Positions 26,485 through 32,000 of a stretch of DNA of 32,000 nt are shown piece after piece (within the stretch, counting starts at the first letter, position 1; every line of letters begins with the position of its first letter). The position numbers and the translations under genes were made by a program. The DNA is from Microcystis aeruginosa NIES-843 (GTDB lineage Bacteria > Cyanobacteriota > Cyanobacteriia > Cyanobacteriales > Microcystaceae), in the NCBI RefSeq assembly GCF_000010625.1, contig NC_010296.1, positions 2,220,001 through 2,252,000 on the forward strand, given 5' to 3'. A model generated the notes under the pieces. That model made no database searches. It was given only the letters and a program-made list of their open reading frames with translations, and was not told the origin of the DNA.

Positions 26485-26575
26485 TATGTAAATTTTTTGT
26501 TCAAAAGCTGATCGAGTTAGAAATTTATCCCTACAAATGGAGCATATCTGAATCATTTGAGGAGATTTTAAAACA

Positions 26576-26818
26576 ATGAAATGGTGTGTTAGGAGTGTCT
26601 TTATAACTTTGGGGTTAGTCTTGCCCTCCCTAATTCTAGACAGTAATAGGGAAACGAATAAGGCATGGGCAGGAGATTTTGATGTTTTAGAACTTGTTCA
26701 GCAAACACAACCAAGCGATCGCTTTTTGCCACCCGAATCCGAACCGATTCAACCCCTTCCCGAAGAGAGAAAACCCGTTATTACGCCTACCGAAACTCAA
26801 CCGTCACCCCCATTAGAA
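26576..26818 (+). pseudogene. tpsB (ShlB/FhaC/HecB-family transporter) N-terminal fragment: signal peptide + Pro-rich linker
   Basis: MKWCVRSVFITLGLVLPSLIL... then a P-rich stretch ending ...QPSPPLE at the IS junction. The remainder of track ORF 26576-26923 is read-through into the IS. Confidence 0.75.
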
Positions 26819-28891
26819 CCCACATTCCGCACCCTAAGTGTCACAACGTCTCAAAAGAGGAAGGGGCGCGAGTCAAAATACTTATCTAGAGGAGTGAGTT
26901 GGCGGCAAGCTGCCGGCAACTAAGCCGAAAATTTCAGAGTTCCCCCGGTCATTCTCAATAAACAGTGCTTGTTGAGAATGACTAGGCAATCAGACTTAAC
27001 ATCTAGGGGGAGATGTTCCAGTTGCTCGCTTTGTTTTGTCACCCCTTGAAGTCAATCCATCTGGTCAAGATAAGAGATAATATTCCTGGCAAGGTTTGGG
27101 AAAAAATCTCAAAATGTTGCGCCTCTCATCCGTTAAGTTGCTAATCTTTTGATTGTCTTGAATACGTAGGAGATGAATCCCTTGAAAGCACTGAAATATC
27201 CAGCGTAACGTCGGTCGGTCAGTTAACTTACCCAACGGATTTTTCAGTCCCGTCTCCTGCTGTTTTAAATTCAGACGAAGTTGTCTTTGACCAATAGTAT
27301 AAACCAGCAGGCACAAGCCCATGAGCATGGCCATGACCTCGATTCTATGGGGAGATTTGAGAAAGACACTGTCAGCAAAAAAGCAGGGGTCTTTGAGAAA
27401 AGAAAATCCTCTTTCCGGAGCTTGTTGCCCTTTATATTTTTTGAGTATATCCTCACTGCTTAATCGTTGTTTCTCCAAATCGTTAGTTGCTAAAACGAAT
27501 CGTCCTGCTCGTTTCTTTAGCCTCTCAATGGCGGTCAAATTCAACTCTAATTTGGCTTGAACTTGATAGCTTTGAGAGGGTAAATCGTCTTTTGATTTGA
27601 GTTTTGACCCCTGGGACTCAGGCGGAATGAGATTGACTTTAATCTCCGTTAACTGATGAGATTTTAAGGAGTCAGATAATCCTTTGGCTATCGCCAACGC
27701 CACCGCTCTATTCTCAAATTCTCTTCGGGATAGTTGCCGGATTTTTTCTTGGGCAGAATTCTTTTCCTGCTCGATTTTTTTCTCTAATTTTTTCAAGTCT
27801 GATTCTTGTCTAGCTTGACTTTCAACTAGCAACCATCTTTGTTCTATACCCCCATAGTTAGAGCTTGTTTCCCGCCAGGAATAACCCGGTATTTCTGAAT
27901 CGGTTAACTCTTTTTCTGAGATGCTATCGACTAACTCTTGAGCCTCTTTAATGCTGAAGGGGACTCGAGACAACCAACGCATTTCTTTCATTAGTTTTAA
28001 ATTCTCTTTGCTATAGAGGGCGCTATCGCCGACTATTAAACTGTCAAAGTCAACTTGTTTTTGAAATTCTCGGGCGATTTGACCAAAAACCGCTTTGTCC
28101 GCTTCATTTCCGTCCCCTACTTTCAGGAATAAAGGTACATCTCCATCCCCACTTACGATTAAGTCAATCATAAATTGTTTTAAGTCAGGTCGTCGGTCGC
28201 GGGAGTATCCGTAGGTAATTTTTATTGGCTGTTGTCTGGTTTCAATTTCTTCTCCCACTGCTCCTGATTTCAGGATTTCTACTGTTGGGTATTCCTTTTT
28301 ATATTCTCCTTCTACTGATAGAGAAGTCGAATCTAAATGGGAGTTCTCGGTTGCTACACCAAATTTTTTCACGGCGGCTAAACTAATGAGTAGGAAAATA
28401 CCCGAAACATCCAGTTGATAAAGTTTGTCCATTACTCGACCAATTTTATCATCATTCAGGTGTTTTGCTTCGATGCCTTCTCCCAGCAGATGTTCGGTTG
28501 CTTTATCTTCAAAAAATTGAGGAAATAAATACAAGGCCCGGGAGACAAATCCCAATCCGTTCAGGATAATTGCTTTCACGACTTGCCCCGCTGTGACAAT
28601 TTCTCCTCGCTCAATTGAGACTTGTTCGTTGATAATTTCAACGATTCCTATTTCATCGATAATTCCGGCTACTAATCCCAGATGGTCTAGATTTTTGACT
28701 TCAATTTCTGTTGATTGATTCATGGTCGAACAGCCCACTGCCTAAGTTTTCCAACAATTCCTATTTTTTCATAATTAGGGGTCTCAAGCTCCCCCTAACG
28801 GCCACCGAGAAAACCTTCACCAGATAAGTATTTTTACTCAAGTCTCTGGAGGGGGACAGCTTATGTGACAGTTGAGGGTGCGGAATGTGGG
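26819..28891 (-). mobile_element. IS1634-family (IS4-related) insertion sequence
   Basis: 2073 bp. The terminal inverted repeats both begin CCCACATTCCGCACCCT (17/17) and share TGTCACA further in. 6-bp TSD TTAGAA at 26813-26818 and 28892-28897. Confidence 0.8.
27065..28738 (-). CDS. IS1634-family DDE transposase
   Basis: 557 aa. The N-terminus NLDHLGLVAGIIDEIGIVEIINE is characteristic of IS1634-type transposases as I recall them. The probable start is the ATG at 28723. Confidence 0.8.
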   Translation of the reverse strand: MGCSTMNQSTEIEVKNLDHLGLVAGIIDEIGIVEIINEQVSIERGEIVTAGQVVKAIILNGLGFVSRALYLFPQFFEDKATEHLLGEGIEAKHLNDDKIGRVMDKLYQLDVSGIFLLISLAAVKKFGVATENSHLDSTSLSVEGEYKKEYPTVEILKSGAVGEEIETRQQPIKITYGYSRDRRPDLKQFMIDLIVSGDGDVPLFLKVGDGNEADKAVFGQIAREFQKQVDFDSLIVGDSALYSKENLKLMKEMRWLSRVPFSIKEAQELVDSISEKELTDSEIPGYSWRETSSNYGGIEQRWLLVESQARQESDLKKLEKKIEQEKNSAQEKIRQLSRREFENRAVALAIAKGLSDSLKSHQLTEIKVNLIPPESQGSKLKSKDDLPSQSYQVQAKLELNLTAIERLKKRAGRFVLATNDLEKQRLSSEDILKKYKGQQAPERGFSFLKDPCFFADSVFLKSPHRIEVMAMLMGLCLLVYTIGQRQLRLNLKQQETGLKNPLGKLTDRPTLRWIFQCFQGIHLLRIQDNQKISNLTDERRNILRFFPKPCQEYYLLS

Positions 28892-30493
28892 TTAGAAACT
28901 CCTGATCTCACAATTTCTGTACGTCAAATAGAAGTCGTTGGCAGCACGATTTTTACTCCAAAAGACTGGAATCCAATTATTGAACCGTTGGCAGGAAGAA
29001 CAGTTACTCTAGCGCAATTACAAGAAGCCGCCGATAAAATTACCCAACTCTATGTTGAAAACGGTTATATCACGTCTAGAGCAGTATTAGGAGAACAGGA
29101 AATTGTCGATGGTGTAGTGCAAATTCAAGTCATCGAAGGTCGTTTGAGCGAGATTAAAATTGAAGGGGCTCCGCGATTAGAAAATTATGTGCGATTGCGG
29201 CTAGAATTAGGAGCAAAACCTCCCTTGCGTCCCAACCGTATTGAGGATCAACTGTTACTCCTACAAAGTGATCCTTTAATCAAAGGGATTAATGCTTCTT
29301 TACAACCAGGAGTTAAAATTGGAGAAAGCATTCTTGTTGTTACTGTTAATCCTGCCCCTTCTTTTAATGCAGAATTGACTGCCGATAATTATTCTCCCCC
29401 AATTTTAGGAGGAGAGCAATATGGGATTGGTGTAGGTTATGGCAATCTTACAGGATTAGGTGATCGCATTTTTGCGTCCTACAAACACACCTCTGGTAGG
29501 ACAAATCTCTGGGATTTTAGGTATCATATTCCCTTAAATCCGATGGATGGTGCAGTTGAATTGCGAGCTTTCCTGAGTCGCAGTGAATTTACCAGCAGTC
29601 AAACCTTTAATTTAATCAACCAAGGTCAAATTACCCAAGAAACCTTCGATTTAACCCTGAGTTCTGATTACGACTTCTATCAGGCTAGTTTCCGTCAACC
29701 GATTATTCGTACACCAAGGAAGGAATTAGCATTATCCCTTGGTTTTAGCTATCGCAATGGGTTTCCTTTAGAAGCCTTAGAAGCTGTCAATCTTCCGGCA
29801 ATCTTAACAGACTTTCTCAATCAAGTGGGGGTAGAACAGGGATTACAGGATTTAGGATTGTTAAGCCCTGACTTGAATCAAGACAAAACTAGCGTTTTTG
29901 CACTAGGAGTCGATTATATCACCCGTGATCAGTCAGGGGTTTGGGCATTGCGATCGCAGTTTAATTTTGGGACAGGATTATTTGATGCAACCATTAGACC
30001 AAGTCCCTTACCCGACGGTCTTTTTTTTAGTTGGTTATTGCAGATGCAGCGTATTCATCGCTTAGGAGAAGACAATTTACTGCTAATTTCTGTGGATATT
30101 CAGTTAACCCCCAATAGTCTGTTAGCTTCAGAACAGTTCGTCATCGGTGGTGGACAATCCCTGCGAGGATATCGGCAAAATGTCCGCTTTGGGGATAATG
30201 GTTTTCGTTTCAGTATTGAAGATCGCATTGCACTGGTAAAAAATGAAGTTGGCAATGCAGTCTTTCAGATTGCTCCCTTTGCAGACATTGGTCAGGTCTG
30301 GAATAATCCTGACAATCCTGTTACGCTTCCTTCCCAGACGTTTTTAGCAGCTATTGGAGTCGGCTTACTGTGGAATCCGGTGAAACAAGTAGCAGTACGC
30401 TTAGATTTTGCCCTTCCTTTCGTCAATTTGAAGGATAGGGGCAATAACATACAAGACAATGGCATTTACTTTAATGTTATTATACGCCCTTAA
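28892..30493 (+). pseudogene. tpsB (ShlB/FhaC/HecB-family hemolysin secretion/activation protein) C-terminal fragment: POTRA + beta-barrel
   Basis: ISVRQIEVVGSTIF...LQEAADKITQLYVENGYITSRAVL...IQVIEGRLSEIKIEG is a ShlB-type POTRA region, followed by a beta-barrel with GGGQSLRGY and a terminal aromatic-rich strand. The GTG at 28865 in the ORF track lies inside the IS terminal repeat and is not a native start. Confidence 0.9.
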
Positions 30494-30549
30494 CGACTCC
30501 ATTTCTTACTGTTCTTCCCTAACAACTTAGTTTTTGATGCAAGATTTAA

Positions 30550-31189
30550 CTACATCCCAACCACCTCAAAGGTAATCGACATAGCCGCCATCTGTCGGGT
30601 ATCAATCTGACGCACCTCCGCAAAAGAAGTTGTCCCACTTCCCCGACTTCCCTCATCTAAATCATCCAGAAGACTAAAAATTGCCTCATCTAGTTGGGGT
30701 GAATTAATCGGCGTACCTCTAGCACTTTCTCCTCTATCTGCTGCTAAAGTTCTCAACAAATCAATTGCTTTTTTAAGAGGAGTTGTACTAGCAATAACTA
30801 AAACTTCAGCCAACCCTAGATCACCGACAACTTTAAAAAACCGATAATGATCCCCTCTATCAACATCAGGAATATTAATAGTTTCTTGAGGAGCAAGTGG
30901 AGGTAAATCTTCATTTCCCTGGGATGGAGAAAGAACCATTAAACCACCATCTACACTAACAAGTAATACACAGATATAAAGGGGAAAAGATTCATTATTT
31001 TGAACAATGAGTCGAATTAATGTTCCTAGTTTAATTTTTTGAGCATTGGTAGTTAATCCCCTCACTCCTCTGGTTTGACTGATGGGGGTTATTGTCGCAC
31101 CTCGTACAGTAAAAGATTCTGCTACTAATTGACTACCATCTACCGTTTCCATTGCCGCAGCTACACTCAGAAGGGAAGAAGTATTATTA
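30550..31189 (-). pseudogene. DUF4384-like C-terminal part of a large protein split by a MITE
   Basis: LIRLIVQNNESFPLYICVLLVSVDGGLMVLSP...GDLGLAEVLVIASTTPL fits the DUF4384 pattern. The frame is open upstream of Met (31152) back to the MITE junction (...VLNNTSSLLSVAAAMETVDG). Confidence 0.6.
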
Positions 31190-31377
31190 AGTACCTAAGC
31201 AAAATTAATTACACATCTAAGCCACTACTCCGTCAGACTTCTGGTGTGAGGAAACAGTGAACTGAAAACTCAAATCCGATCCCTAATAGCTGTCTCCCGT
31301 CTCGGAGTCTCCCGTCTCGGAGTCTCCTGTCTCAGAGTCTCCTGTCTCGACTAGGAAATTAATTTTGCACGACTACT
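31190..31377 (+). mobile_element. MITE family C, copy 2 (TA-flanked; internal 15-bp GTCTCCCGTCTCGGA-type repeats)
   Basis: Same termini as 13252-13353. TA at 31188-31189 and 31378-31379. Four tandem 15-bp units lie at about 31292-31350. It supplies the TAG (31373-31375) that ends the upstream fragment. Confidence 0.65.
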
Positions 31378-32000
31378 TAAGGGTTAACTTGACTAATCTT
31401 GCTGCTAATAATGATTTTAACTTAGGGCGTAATCGCTCAACGGCATCTGTTACTTTTTCCTCGGCAATTCCAGACGAATCGGGAATCAAATCCAATGCAG
31501 GAGAAAATAAAGCAATGCTGCCGACTTCTGGCAATTTTTTAACTTTTAATTGCTGTAATTGCTGATGATAAATGGGGGAAATTCGCCCTAGAATATAGTG
31601 AAAGTTGGTTTGCTCTAAAGATACCACTTCAATGCGTTTAATCGCTTCTAAAGCTTGTTTAGCTTGCTGTAAAGAAGCATCTAAACCAATTCGGAGAGTT
31701 AAATTACCGGGAATTGCCCGCGATCGCTCTTGAAGTAGAGTTCCGGAAGCAATATTATCTCTTGTCCGCATCAGTTTCCCCTTAGCTGTCAACTCTTGAC
31801 GGGACTCTATCTGAACTTGACCTCGTTCTTTTCCTTCCCCATCCACTAAAGTTAAAATTGCCCCCCGACCGAATGCTGCTAAGGTACGCGGATCGATCCC
31901 TCCCAAAAACAGATCCACCCGATTTCCCTGCACTTGAGTGACCACAGCTTCAGCAGGGATTTTCTGATCTGGTTTGAGAAAATAAACCGCTTGCTGGCTG
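31378..32000 (-). pseudogene. Upstream part of the MITE-split DUF4384-type gene (continues beyond the right edge)
   Basis: The frame is open from the window edge (SQQAVYFLKPDQKIPAEAVVTQVQG...) to ...AARLVKLTL. It rejoins 31189 downward in frame after MITE removal (KLTL|NNTSS). Confidence 0.55.

Noticed and set aside
26819-26923. C-terminal tail (SVTTSQKRKGRESKYLSRGVSWRQAAGN) of track ORF 26576-26923
   Set aside because: It begins exactly at the IS terminal repeat. It is read-through into the IS, not native protein sequence.
28865-28891. GTG start proposed for the ShlB-family ORF
   Set aside because: These 27 nt are the terminal inverted repeat of the IS1634-like element. The native N-terminus is the fragment at 26576-26818.

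Overview
The window looks like a cyanobacterial accessory region. HIP1 octamers (GCGATCGC) are frequent, the sequence is AT-rich, and the IS/MITE load is extreme. This is most consistent with a Microcystis-type genome, but that is inference only.

Positions 1-5400 are mostly housekeeping-like:
- an arylsulfatase C-terminal-domain ORF
- an S9 serine peptidase
- tRNA-Pro(GGG)
- a UbiH/COQ6-type FAD monooxygenase

The rest is an island of caspase-fold and toxin-antitoxin-like genes that is heavily colonised by mobile DNA.

Main candidate system (21.5-30.5 kb): a divergent two-partner-secretion locus. tpsB (ShlB/FhaC type) faces a tpsA (FhaB-like TPS-domain exoprotein) whose stop codon overlaps the start of a signal-peptide-bearing TPR-CHAT (caspase-like) protease. 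In this strain tpsB is split by an IS1634-like element.

Other island content:
- a second TPR-CHAT protein with five near-identical 120-bp repeats, plus an orphan duplicate of its 5' end
- a DUF4384-type gene split by a MITE
- a MazF/DUF2281 pair, a DUF433/DUF5615 pair and an RHH-like/HNH pair
- two paralogous HI1420-like antidote genes, each destroyed by two different insertions
- a RelE/HI1419-like toxin remnant
- a membrane-TPR gene hit by both an IS630 element and a MITE

I delimit five IS elements (IS630, ISL3, IS1380, IS701 and IS1634 families) and nine MITE copies. Together they make up about 9.5 kb, roughly 30% of the window. Almost every insertion has an identifiable target-site duplication, and the host reading frame can be reconstructed in frame across it.

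No rRNA or CRISPR array was seen. All family names come from motif recognition by eye, not from searches.
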